From Verrucomicrobiia bacterium (GTDB lineage: Bacteria > Verrucomicrobiota > Verrucomicrobiia > Limisphaerales > UBA1100), in NCBI GenBank assembly GCA_014239365.1, contig JAAZZB010000006.1:6307-70306 (forward strand): a stretch of DNA of 64,000 bases, in the 5' to 3' direction. This document shows, piece by piece, positions 1-9,088 of the stretch. Position 1 is the stretch's first letter. Every line of letters begins with the position of its first letter. The position numbers and the translations under genes are program-made. The notes under the pieces were generated by a model. The model was not told where the DNA came from. It saw nothing but the letters and a program-made list of their open reading frames with translations, and did no database searches.

Positions 1-7
1 AAAACTC

Positions 8-3000
8 ATGATGACGGCGGCGTTGTGGTTCGTGTTTTCAGGAAACACGACCGCAGCAGATTGGCCGATGTGGCGCGGGGATGTAACGCGCAGCGGAGCA
101 ACGCGCGAGGCTTTGCCCGCCAAATTGGACTTGCTCTGGACGCGCAAATTGCCTCCGGCCAAGCCGGCTTGGCCAAACGAAGTGCGCTTGCATTTTGATG
201 CCTCGTACGAACCGATCGTTTCCGGAGGGCGTATGATAGTGGGTTCGCCCAATGACGGCAGTGTGACGGCTTACGACACTAACACCGGACGGGAGTTGTG
301 GAAATTTTTCACAGACGGGCCGGTGCGGTTGGCGGCGGTTGCGTGGAAAGAGAAAATTTATTTTGGTTCGGACGATGGCTATTTGTATTGCCTCGATGGG
401 GCGAAGGGTTCGCTGCTTTGGAAAGTGCGCGGGGCACCGAGCGCGCGCCGCGACTATCGGCACTTGGGCAACGGCCGACTGATCTCGGTTTGGCCGGTGC
501 GCGGCGGGCCGGTGCTGGCCGATGGCGTGGTGTATTTTGGCGCGGGCGTGTGGCCGTCGATGGGAGTTTTTGTTCGCGCGGTCGATGCGGCGACGGGCAA
601 GGTGATTTGGACTAACGCCAACAGTCACGCGATTGAGAATGTGCGCATCGATCATAATTATTTGCACGAGTCCGGAATTTCGCCGCAAGGGCATATGTTG
701 ATTTCGGGGGATCTGTTGATCGTACCCAATGGCCGCTCGATGCCTGCGCGGTTGGATCGGAAAACCGGTGAACTTAAATATTTTGTGCAAGGCTACCGCA
801 ATGGCGACAGCCGAGTGATTCTAGGCGGCAAGGTGGCATTGGTCGGCGCCAGCGGCGTGATCAACCTGAAAGACGGCCGCGAGATTGGCAGCCGCTGGGC
901 GACGGCCGGCAAGGATGCCCCTTCGGGGTGGAGCTCGAAAAAGGATCTCTTTGAGGGGCCGATGCATGCTTACAAATTTCTGCCGGGTTGTGATTATCGT
1001 TCGGTCGTTGACGGCTCTGCCTGTTACGGGATGCACAAGGGCGTGCTTTTTGCGTATGATCTCAATCGGGCAATCACCTCGCTTTACAATCTCGATGATC
1101 AAGGGAAAACGCTAAAACCAGTGCGCTGGGATGCGCCGCTCCTTTGGAAACTGGATATTGGAAAGCTGGGAACAACAAATCACAAAACGCTCATCAAAGC
1201 GGGCAAACAACTTTACGGCCATGTCGGCAAGCAACTGTTTTCGATTGGTTTGCCGGTCGCGAAAGTAGTGCCCCCGAAACTAATCTGGTCGAAAAAATTA
1301 AACTCGGAACCGGCAACCATTTTGGCCGCTGACAAAAAATTGTTTGTGGTGGCGACGGACGGAACGATTCAATGTTTCGGCAAGGCAACCGCGGAAGCAA
1401 TAATTCATGAACACCAATTCGGGACCGTTCCAAAGGATGGCGATGCGGCGCAAATCGTGAAACGAGCATTGAAGGGAACGCCACCGCAGCGCGCTTATGC
1501 CGTGGTATTAGGAGTCGCCAACGGGGATCTCGTTCAAGCGTTACTGGATCACACAATCATGAAAGTGATCGTGCTCGACGAAAATCCCAAACGAATCAAT
1601 CAACTGAAACAACGTCTCTCCGCGCACGTTAATTACGACAACTTCCAAGCGATCGTTGGCACGGCGAATACCGTTGAACTCCCGCCTTATCTCGCGAGCC
1701 TGATTGTTTCGGAAACTCCGGATGCCCTGAAGCTCACTGACACAAAATCGGTTGGACAAATTCTCAAGTCTTTGCGGCCGTACGGCGGAACCCTCTGTTT
1801 CCAGCTGATTCGCGACGAACAATATGCCGTTGCGAAAACAGTTGGCAAAACGAAAATGGCCAACCTGCGGATCGAGACAACCCCAGATTTACTTTTCATC
1901 CGTCGTCTGGGCGGTTTGCCTGGCGCGGCTGATTGGACGCACGAAACAGCTGATGCCGCGCGGTCATTTTTCTCCAAGGACGAATTAGTCAAAGCACCGC
2001 TCGGAGTGCTGTGGTACGGCGACGGGCCCGATCATGGTTTTCATAAACGCAAGGACTACGGACACGGTGTTAAGCCGCAGGTTGCCGGCGGTCGGATGTT
2101 TGCCCTGCAAGTTGCTTCTAGCACGCTGCACGCGGTGGATGTGTACACGGGCCAGGTTTTGTGGACGCGCAAAGTTGGCGGCTCGGCTCGGTACGCTTCG
2201 TTTCCCGATGCGGTTTATGTCGCCACCGGACGATCTTGCGAGGTGCTGAATGCCGCGGATGGAAAAACAAAAAACACGTTCAATATGGACATCGGCCAAC
2301 CGGATAACCAACCCGCAAGCGCCTCGGATATTCGAGTAGACGGCGATCTCATTCTGATCGCCATCCGATTCAACAACGAAAACGCAATCAGCAAAGGTCG
2401 CTGGAACAGTCAATTACTCGTCGCGCTGGATCGCAAAACGGGCAAACAACTTTGGGCGCGCAAGGCCGAACATCGATACAACACTGCGTCGATCGCGGTG
2501 GCCGACGGGCGCGTGTTTTGCGTCGACTCCCATTCGCCTGAAGAAATTTCCAAGATGTCCCGCCGCGGCGAACCGACCGATACATTGCCCTCAACCGTCT
2601 TGGCTCTTGAAGCACGCACCGGAAAAGTTCTTTGGACCACCGTGAAAAAAGATCCCGCCGCCGTTCATCACTCGCTACATTTCCTCGGCCTCCGCACCAA
2701 GGACGATTGGCTTACCTACTCGGCCGAGCACAAAATGCTGCTCACGGGCAAATCGGAAAACACCTACGCCTTCAACGCCACCAACGGCCGGCAAATCTGG
2801 CACAAACCCGTCCGTGGAAATCAGCCGCTCATCCTCGGGCCAAACTCGTTTATCAATCAGGCCGGCCATACTTACGAGGTCGCCACCGGCAACATCCTGA
2901 GCAGCGTGCCACTGTTCCGGCGAGGCGGCTGCAACTACGCGGTCGGAAATAAAAATCTGTTATTCCTACGCGCCAACTGTGCCGCTTACGTTGATATCAA

Positions 3001-3205
3001 AAGCCGCCAGCAATACAACCTCCGCAATCTGCGTTCCGGCTGCAGCAACAGTTTGGTCGCCGCCGACGGGTTGTTAAACATCCCGTGCTTTTCCGTCGGC
3101 TGCGTTTGCAACTACCCGATCCAAACCTCCTTCAGCATGTTTCACATGCCCGCCGCCAAACAATGGCACGGCCCCGCCCAGCCGCAGGAAGTCCCAAAGA
3201 ATTAA
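8..3205 (+). CDS. PQQ-like (BamB-type) beta-propeller repeat protein with a central degenerate Rossmann/methyltransferase-like insert. Possibly truncated at the 5' end by the window edge.
   Basis: Long ORF with recurring propeller blade motifs (DWPMWRGD, GRELWKF, GSLLWKV, GKVIWT, GKQLWAR, GKVLWTT, GRQIWHK). Residues ~495-600 (AYAVVLGVANGD...VIVLDEN...ASLIVSE...LRPYGG) look like a class-I MTase fold. Cys-rich C-terminus. The reading frame is still open at position 2. Confidence 0.8.
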   Translation: MMTAALWFVFSGNTTAADWPMWRGDVTRSGATREALPAKLDLLWTRKLPPAKPAWPNEVRLHFDASYEPIVSGGRMIVGSPNDGSVTAYDTNTGRELWKFFTDGPVRLAAVAWKEKIYFGSDDGYLYCLDGAKGSLLWKVRGAPSARRDYRHLGNGRLISVWPVRGGPVLADGVVYFGAGVWPSMGVFVRAVDAATGKVIWTNANSHAIENVRIDHNYLHESGISPQGHMLISGDLLIVPNGRSMPARLDRKTGELKYFVQGYRNGDSRVILGGKVALVGASGVINLKDGREIGSRWATAGKDAPSGWSSKKDLFEGPMHAYKFLPGCDYRSVVDGSACYGMHKGVLFAYDLNRAITSLYNLDDQGKTLKPVRWDAPLLWKLDIGKLGTTNHKTLIKAGKQLYGHVGKQLFSIGLPVAKVVPPKLIWSKKLNSEPATILAADKKLFVVATDGTIQCFGKATAEAIIHEHQFGTVPKDGDAAQIVKRALKGTPPQRAYAVVLGVANGDLVQALLDHTIMKVIVLDENPKRINQLKQRLSAHVNYDNFQAIVGTANTVELPPYLASLIVSETPDALKLTDTKSVGQILKSLRPYGGTLCFQLIRDEQYAVAKTVGKTKMANLRIETTPDLLFIRRLGGLPGAADWTHETADAARSFFSKDELVKAPLGVLWYGDGPDHGFHKRKDYGHGVKPQVAGGRMFALQVASSTLHAVDVYTGQVLWTRKVGGSARYASFPDAVYVATGRSCEVLNAADGKTKNTFNMDIGQPDNQPASASDIRVDGDLILIAIRFNNENAISKGRWNSQLLVALDRKTGKQLWARKAEHRYNTASIAVADGRVFCVDSHSPEEISKMSRRGEPTDTLPSTVLALEARTGKVLWTTVKKDPAAVHHSLHFLGLRTKDDWLTYSAEHKMLLTGKSENTYAFNATNGRQIWHKPVRGNQPLILGPNSFINQAGHTYEVATGNILSSVPLFRRGGCNYAVGNKNLLFLRANCAAYVDIKSRQQYNLRNLRSGCSNSLVAADGLLNIPCFSVGCVCNYPIQTSFSMFHMPAAKQWHGPAQPQEVPKN

Positions 3206-3401
3206 AAAGCGAGAACAAATTTTGGGTGGCGCGGCATCGACATTGGGGGGTTCCTTGGGCCCAATGACCGCCGCTGAAGCGGGGGATGAAATCAAAAACA
3301 GAGCAAACAATGCGAGGGAAACGGTCGTGGCTTTCACGCCTTCAATTTACCACACACTTGCCGGTTGTCAACTGACTGACAACATTTAATGTAAATATAA
3401 T

Positions 3402-3462
3402 CTGATGTTCACAATATACAGGATGAATTTTTATCCTGAATATCGTGGGCATCTGTGTTCAA
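3402..3462. repeat. 61-nt dispersed intergenic repeat, copy 1 (internal hairpin CAGGAT-N8-ATCCTG)
   Basis: Matches 11554..11614 at 54/61 positions by hand alignment. Lies in a convergent intergenic region. Confidence 0.8.
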
Positions 3463-3522
3463 ACAAAACCGCCCCACAGCGCGAGGCTGCGAGGCGGATG
3501 AATTTGAACTGGCGAACAAGTT

Positions 3523-4080
3523 CTATTGTTCGCGGCCGGCCGGGGCGAGCATCATCTGGAGCCACTCAATCATATCCAGAGAGTTATCACTATTTCTGTC
3601 GCCACCGCGGAACTGCGCCGTGCGCCCGGCGTTTGCGCCGCCTTCGAACATTCGGTTCCACTCGGCTTTCGTCACTTTGCCGTCGCCATTTTTATCGTAT
3701 GTGATGAACAAGCGAGCGCGCTTGTCGCCACGAATCCGTGATTGCAGCGAAGGAGCGCGTTCGCCATTTCCCCCACCGAGATGAATGTCACGGCGGACTG
3801 CCTGAAATTCCTTCACCGTAAGCGCATTCCCCCCGCCACTGTGTTTTTCGAAAACTCCAGTCCACTTCTTCACGCCGCCTTCGCCATATAGACTTTTGAA
3901 TTCGGCGAAAGACATTTGGCCGTCGCGATTTTTGTCAAACCCCTTGAAGATGCGCACCTGTTCTTTGTCAAACGACTTGTCGAGCAACGCCAAAAGCTTG
4001 GCGTCATTGTTCTTTGGTTTGGCCGAAGCGATGAACGCGCTCAGCACCAGTGCAAAGGTGAGGATGATCTTTAGTTTCAT
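3523..4080 (-). CDS. Secreted EF-hand calcium-binding protein
   Basis: Signal peptide MKLKIILTFALVLSAFIASA. Three EF-hand loops (DKNRDGQMSFAEF, DKNGDGKVTKAEW, DRNSDNSLDMIEW). Paralogous to the C-terminal domain of the upstream anti-sigma factor. Confidence 0.85.
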   Translation of the reverse strand: MKLKIILTFALVLSAFIASAKPKNNDAKLLALLDKSFDKEQVRIFKGFDKNRDGQMSFAEFKSLYGEGGVKKWTGVFEKHSGGGNALTVKEFQAVRRDIHLGGGNGERAPSLQSRIRGDKRARLFITYDKNGDGKVTKAEWNRMFEGGANAGRTAQFRGGDRNSDNSLDMIEWLQMMLAPAGREQ

Positions 4081-4112
4081 AGTTTTCCTTGGTTGTTGTT
4101 TTTTGGTTTGGT

Positions 4113-4955
4113 TTATTTTTCTTTGCCGCCGGATTTCCGGTTGAGCCAGTTTACAAATTCATCGCGATCCAGCACATCGTCGCCGTTCTGATCGGATTCG
4201 TTGAATTGCCGCTCGCGGGCGGGATGTTGACCGGGACCTTCGAACATTTGTAGGTATTCTGCGCGCGTCACTTTCCCGTCGCCATTCTCGTCGTAGGCAG
4301 CGAACATTTTCCCCGCACGGCTTCGTTCAAATTGCAGTTTGCCGGGCGGACGTTCACCGCTGCCCGCGCCATTGCGGATGGCCGCACGCAGTGCCTGAAA
4401 TTCACTCATCGAAAGCTCTTCGTCGTTGCCTGAATGTTTTTGAAACATTGACTGAAACCGCACCGCGCGCCCGCCGTATAACCCGTCGAATTCCTCAAAA
4501 CTCATCGCCCCATTGCCGTCGCGGTCGTACCGATCAAATATCTTCAATTCCTGACGATCACGATAGCGTTGCTCGTATTTTTCAAATCCAAGCAATCCGA
4601 GTGCATGATCCAGCACCGGCGCATCCGCCGCCGCAAGCATCATCACCGCCACCACCGATGCCGCAATGCCCCACGCCCAACCGGGCAGCCCCGCCCACGC
4701 ACGACGCGGCGCGGCGATCACATTTGCCGGCGCTTTGTTTTCGGCTTCCTCCACCAACGATTCCAGCCAAGCCGCCGTCTGCGCCGAGGAACACGCCAAT
4801 TGCAATTCATCCTCCAATGCTGAAGCGAGGCGCGCCGTTGCCACAAATTCTTCCAACGCGCCCGCGTCAGATCGCAGCGCTTCCTCCAGCTCAGTGGCCT
4901 CCGATGTTTTGCCATCGAAATACTTGCCGAGCTGTCTTTGATAATCGCTGTCCAT
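4113..4955 (-). CDS. Membrane anti-sigma factor with a periplasmic triple EF-hand domain
   Basis: The start ATG overlaps the sigma factor stop codon (TAATG at 4953-4957). Short cytoplasmic N-terminus, one TM segment (GLPGWAWGIAASVVAVMMLAAA), then EF-hand loops DRDGNGAMSFEEF, DENGDGKVTRAEY, DQNGDDVLDRDEF. Confidence 0.75.
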   Translation of the reverse strand: MDSDYQRQLGKYFDGKTSEATELEEALRSDAGALEEFVATARLASALEDELQLACSSAQTAAWLESLVEEAENKAPANVIAAPRRAWAGLPGWAWGIAASVVAVMMLAAADAPVLDHALGLLGFEKYEQRYRDRQELKIFDRYDRDGNGAMSFEEFDGLYGGRAVRFQSMFQKHSGNDEELSMSEFQALRAAIRNGAGSGERPPGKLQFERSRAGKMFAAYDENGDGKVTRAEYLQMFEGPGQHPARERQFNESDQNGDDVLDRDEFVNWLNRKSGGKEK

Positions 4956-5452
4956 TATGCCTCTGCTATGGTTCGTTTTACGCAATCCCGCAACAAGCGC
5001 CGCAGCCGTGAGAGCGTTTGATAAACGGCATCCACCGAACGCTCCGTCTGCTCCGCGATAGCCTCGCAGCGAAGGTCATCCTGATAACGCAACTCCAGCA
5101 ACTCGCGCGAAGGCGCTGGCAATTCGTCCATACAATGCCGCAGTGCCTGAACTTGAAAATCGTGCTCCACCGAATCAAAGGCTTCGAGAATCCGCTCCAT
5201 CGTTTCCGGCTCGAACGCCACTGGGAAACGTCGATCCGCGCGTTGACGATGCAAAATCTTATTCGCCGCAATCCCGCGCGCCCACGCGCCGAAGGATTTC
5301 GTGCGGTCAAAGCGCTCCCATTCCCGCCACAAAATCAGCGCCACCTCCTGAAACACATCCTCCCGCGCCGCCGGCTCCCGCACCAACGAACCGATGAAGG
5401 CCCGCAAATCGCGTTGGTGTTCCAAGAAGTTTTCCAGAAATTCCTCGTGCAT
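4955..5452 (-). CDS. ECF (sigma-70 family, group 4) RNA polymerase sigma factor
   Basis: Region 2 (DVFQEVALILWREWERF) and region 4 (LPAPSRELLELRYQDDLRCEAIAEQTERSVDAVYQTLSRLRRLL) motifs. 165 aa. Confidence 0.9.
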   Translation of the reverse strand: MHEEFLENFLEHQRDLRAFIGSLVREPAAREDVFQEVALILWREWERFDRTKSFGAWARGIAANKILHRQRADRRFPVAFEPETMERILEAFDSVEHDFQVQALRHCMDELPAPSRELLELRYQDDLRCEAIAEQTERSVDAVYQTLSRLRRLLRDCVKRTIAEA

Positions 5453-5591
5453 ATCCTTACCACACCTTCCCCAAAAAGCTGATTTCCTGACAATGTTTTT
5501 TTATAAATTTTCAGCCAAGCCAAGTTTTTCACCACAGAGACACAGAAGGAATAAACAATTTTTTCTCACCCAGCGATCCTCAGGGTTGATT

Positions 5592-6050
5592 TCATTCAGG
5601 CATCGGGCCAAGAGAACCACCCCAAATCATACCGTCATTGGCAAAAATGTTATTAGGATTGAAAGCAATTTCCCACGGGTAGCCATCGGGATCAGCAAAG
5701 TAGCCGTTTTGACCGCCCCACTCAGCCGATTGTGCGGGCTTCAAAATTTTCCCACCAGCCGATTCGGCGAAGGCGAGCACCTCGGTAACTTCCGCCTCGG
5801 TGCGGACATTGTGCGCGAGGGTGATGCCGCCAAAACCGGTGCCGGTTTGTGGATGATCGTCGGCGATATCTTTCGCGAGCAATTTTTTCGGATACAATGC
5901 GAAACGCGTTCCGACAGTGCGGAAGATGGCCCAGTCGGCGGTGGCTTCGGTGATGTCGGTAGGGAAGCCAAGGCCGTCGCGGTAGAAGGCGATGGCCCGC
6001 GCCATATCCGCCACGCCGAGCGTGATGATGCTGATGCGTGGCTCGAACAT
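5592..6050 (-). CDS. VOC (glyoxalase/bleomycin-resistance/dioxygenase) family protein
   Basis: ISIITLGVADMARAIAFYRDGLGF N-terminal VOC motif. ~150 aa. Starts 4 nt after the upstream sulfatase stop codon. Confidence 0.85.
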   Translation of the reverse strand: MFEPRISIITLGVADMARAIAFYRDGLGFPTDITEATADWAIFRTVGTRFALYPKKLLAKDIADDHPQTGTGFGGITLAHNVRTEAEVTEVLAFAESAGGKILKPAQSAEWGGQNGYFADPDGYPWEIAFNPNNIFANDGMIWGGSLGPMPE

Positions 6051-6054
6051 GCCA

Positions 6055-7530
6055 CTACAATTTTGGGAACGACTTTTTTAGGTCGAGCTTGTCGCCCATT
6101 TCTTTTTGGAGTTTGAGCATTCTGGCAAAGAGCTCGCTAATACGTTTTTCCTGTTTGGCGTCGTGGGCGAGGTCGTTCATTTCCAGCGGGTCGGCATCGA
6201 TGTTGTACAAACGCGCTTTGTTGACGGCGGGGTAAAGGATGAGTTTCCAGCCATCGACGGTGACGCTGCGTTGCTTGCCGAGATACGCGCCGTGGATGGC
6301 GTCGTAAGCGTGCTTCTTTGACTTGCCCTTGAGCATCGGCAGGAGGCTGTGGAATTCCACTTTGTCAGCGGGCTTGGCGCCGGCGATTTCGAGCGAAGTG
6401 GGATGGACATCCTGCAAATAAATGGGTGCATCATTTTTCGCGCCCGCTTTGATGCCGGGGCCGGCGGCGATGAAGGGGACGCGCGTGCTGTGCTCGTACA
6501 TATTTTGTTTACCAAACAAACCGTGATGACCGACGGCAAGCCCGTGGTCGGCGCTGAAGAAAATGTAGGTGTTATCGGCTTGGCCGCTTTTGTCGAGTGT
6601 GTCGAGGACGCGCCCCACCTGCGTATCGAGGTGCTCGATGATGGCGTAGTATTCCCGGCGATGCACTTTCACCGAATGCTCCGTGCGCGGCATCGGGCCG
6701 AGGCGTTCATCGCGTAAGCTGTGCGGGTTTCCGATTTGATCTTTGTACGGATACTGCGGCAGGAAATTTTTTGGCAATGCGATGCGCTTGAGCGGGTAGC
6801 GATCGACATATTCCTTGGGCGCCTGTCGCGGGTCGTGCGGGGCATTAAAGGCGATGTACATAAAAAACGGACGCTTGTCCTTCGCCGACATTCCGAGGAA
6901 ATCAACAGCGTCGTCAGCGACGATTTCACTCCAGTGTTTGCCGCCTTCCCAGAAGCCGCCGTATTTTTTATCGAACGGGCTCCACACATCGGGCTTGCCG
7001 GGCAACGGGCGGTTGTATCCTACGCGGCGGCCCAATGCGTTTTGTCTCGGCATCCCGGGCTGGACGTGGCGCGCCACCTCAAACGCTTTCTCGGCGTTGG
7101 CGCGGATGTGCCATTTGCCGGTGAAGAAAGTTTGGTAACCTTGCCGCTTCAAAACCTGCGGCCACAGCCCATCGAACTCTTTTTGTTTTGCCGCCGCATC
7201 GGCCTTGTTGCTGCCCAACAAATTCGAAGCCGCCTGCGCGCGCCAAATGTAGCGCCCCGTGATGAGCATATGCCGACTAGCCACGCACACCGCGCCGCTC
7301 CAGGAACCCATATTGTACGCGCGCGTGAAGGTGGTGCCACGCTTCATCAACCGGTCGAGATTGGGCGTGTCAATATCCGTGAGCCCCATCGCGCCAACTG
7401 CCTCGTAGCACATATCATCGGCGAAGATGAACAGGACATTTGGCTTACCCGCCGCGCGGGAAAGAATCGGTGCCATCAAAAGAATCGCCAGCATCAACCG
7501 GCCCAATGAGTAAATCACAGAACGTTTCAT
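6055..7530 (-). CDS. Sulfatase (formylglycine-dependent, arylsulfatase A family), C-V-A-S-R variant
   Basis: Signal peptide, NVLFIFADDM, active-site CVASRHMLITGR (nt 7273-7287), GKWH. Start placed at the internal ATG at 7530 (MKRSVIYSL...). Confidence 0.9.
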   Translation of the reverse strand: MKRSVIYSLGRLMLAILLMAPILSRAAGKPNVLFIFADDMCYEAVGAMGLTDIDTPNLDRLMKRGTTFTRAYNMGSWSGAVCVASRHMLITGRYIWRAQAASNLLGSNKADAAAKQKEFDGLWPQVLKRQGYQTFFTGKWHIRANAEKAFEVARHVQPGMPRQNALGRRVGYNRPLPGKPDVWSPFDKKYGGFWEGGKHWSEIVADDAVDFLGMSAKDKRPFFMYIAFNAPHDPRQAPKEYVDRYPLKRIALPKNFLPQYPYKDQIGNPHSLRDERLGPMPRTEHSVKVHRREYYAIIEHLDTQVGRVLDTLDKSGQADNTYIFFSADHGLAVGHHGLFGKQNMYEHSTRVPFIAAGPGIKAGAKNDAPIYLQDVHPTSLEIAGAKPADKVEFHSLLPMLKGKSKKHAYDAIHGAYLGKQRSVTVDGWKLILYPAVNKARLYNIDADPLEMNDLAHDAKQEKRISELFARMLKLQKEMGDKLDLKKSFPKL

Positions 7531-7570
7531 AGATGCGCAATGCTCGCGCAATCCACCCGTGCTAGCAAAC

Positions 7571-8989
7571 TTATTTGCGTCCGCGCGTTTTGATTTTCAA
7601 AACCGCCTTCGGATCGTACAACGGATTTTTCCCCGTGGGCACGGGAGCGTTTGTGGCTTTGCGCCATTTTAACATCGCGGCGTGAAGTTCTTTGGTTTTC
7701 GCGGGCATCTTTTTGGCGAGGTCAGTTGTTTCACTGAGATCGTTTTTCAAATTGTACAACTCCAGTTTGCCGTCCTCAAAAAACTCGATGAGTTTCCAAT
7801 CGCCCATCCGGATGGCCGCGGCGGGCGTAGTGCGGAAAGGGCCGTGGCGGGGCGTGTAGCCTTGGAGGTAACACGGGAAATGCCAGTGCAACGCGGCGCG
7901 ATCCAGCGACGCAGAGGCATTGCGCAGCAACGGCGTGAGACTCACGCCATCGAGCAAATAATTTTTTGGGCGCTTGGCTCCGGCGATTTCCAGCAGCGTG
8001 GGATAAAAATCCACGCCGATCACCGGCTCGTGGCACGTACTGCCGGGCTTGATGACGCCCGGCCATTTCACCGCGAGCGGCTCGCGGATGCCGCCTTCGT
8101 ATAGCATTCCCTTGGAGCCACGCAATGGCGCGTTTGAGGTCACACCGGCGTGGCCGCCGTTGTCGGAGAAGAATATCACGATCGTGTTGTCGTCGAGCTT
8201 CAAGCGCTTGAGCGTTGCCTGCACCGCGCCGATGCTGTCATCCATACTTTCAATCATCGCCGCATACGCCGGATTTTTGTGGCCGCCGACGGGTTTCTTT
8301 TTTTTGTATTTCGCCGTGAGATCCGCCTTGCCCTGAATGGGCGTGTGCACGGCGTAATGCGTGAGGTATAAAAAGAATGGCTTGTCCTGATTGGCCTCGA
8401 TGAATTTGCAGGCCTCCGCGCCGAGGCGATCGGTGAGATACTCGCCCTTCTCGCGATTGACGAGGTTCGGATAATTGTACGGACTATGATAACCGCCGCC
8501 GGTGGGACTGCCCCAATGTTTGCCGGCGATGTTTACATCGAAGCCCTGCGTGGTGGGGTCCGCGCCAAGATGCCACTTGCCCATCGTCGCCGTCACGTAA
8601 CCCGCCGCTTTCAATGACTCGGCAATGGTCACGAATTCATCCGCCAGCACGGTTGTATTTTTGATGGGAATCAACTTCCGAAACGCCGCCTTGCCGCGAT
8701 CAGAATTGGCCACCGTAAAAACTCCGTGCCGAGGCCCGTACTGCCCACTCATCAAACACGCACGGCTCGGCGCGCAATTGGGCGCGTTGGAGTACGCGCT
8801 CATAAACTTCATTCCCTCCCGCGCCAGTTGATCCACGTGCGGCGTCTCATAATATTTCGACCCCATAAACGACACATCCGTCCAGCCCAGATCATCGATG
8901 AAATAAAAGACAATGTTCGGCGGCTTGGCAGCAGAAGCCAACGTGGCCAAAGCCAGCCACGCAATGAGTGTGCGGTAAAATGTTTTCAT
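7571..8989 (-). CDS. Sulfatase (formylglycine-dependent)
   Basis: Signal peptide, PNIVFYFIDDLGW, CAPSRACLMSG, GKWHLG, FFSDNGG. Confidence 0.9.
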   Translation of the reverse strand: MKTFYRTLIAWLALATLASAAKPPNIVFYFIDDLGWTDVSFMGSKYYETPHVDQLAREGMKFMSAYSNAPNCAPSRACLMSGQYGPRHGVFTVANSDRGKAAFRKLIPIKNTTVLADEFVTIAESLKAAGYVTATMGKWHLGADPTTQGFDVNIAGKHWGSPTGGGYHSPYNYPNLVNREKGEYLTDRLGAEACKFIEANQDKPFFLYLTHYAVHTPIQGKADLTAKYKKKKPVGGHKNPAYAAMIESMDDSIGAVQATLKRLKLDDNTIVIFFSDNGGHAGVTSNAPLRGSKGMLYEGGIREPLAVKWPGVIKPGSTCHEPVIGVDFYPTLLEIAGAKRPKNYLLDGVSLTPLLRNASASLDRAALHWHFPCYLQGYTPRHGPFRTTPAAAIRMGDWKLIEFFEDGKLELYNLKNDLSETTDLAKKMPAKTKELHAAMLKWRKATNAPVPTGKNPLYDPKAVLKIKTRGRK

Positions 8990-9088
8990 CAATCGGCCCA
9001 AAGGCTAGTGCGACCGTTGCGCAGACAAAAGCCAAAAAAACACCTCCGCGCTTGACGCTTTCCTCGTGCGCCGAAAAGGTGGCGGCGC

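Noticed and set aside
5453-5591. ECF-type promoter (GGAAC-like -35 / CGT-like -10) upstream of the sigma gene.
   Set aside because: Only a weak GGAAAT...GTGG arrangement, very close to the ATG, could be found. That is not enough to call a promoter.
7273-7287. The CVASR sulfatase active site considered as a novel catalytic variant.
   Set aside because: Ala at the third position lies within the accepted C/S-x-P/A-x-R formylglycine consensus. It is noted under the sulfatase finding but is not novel.
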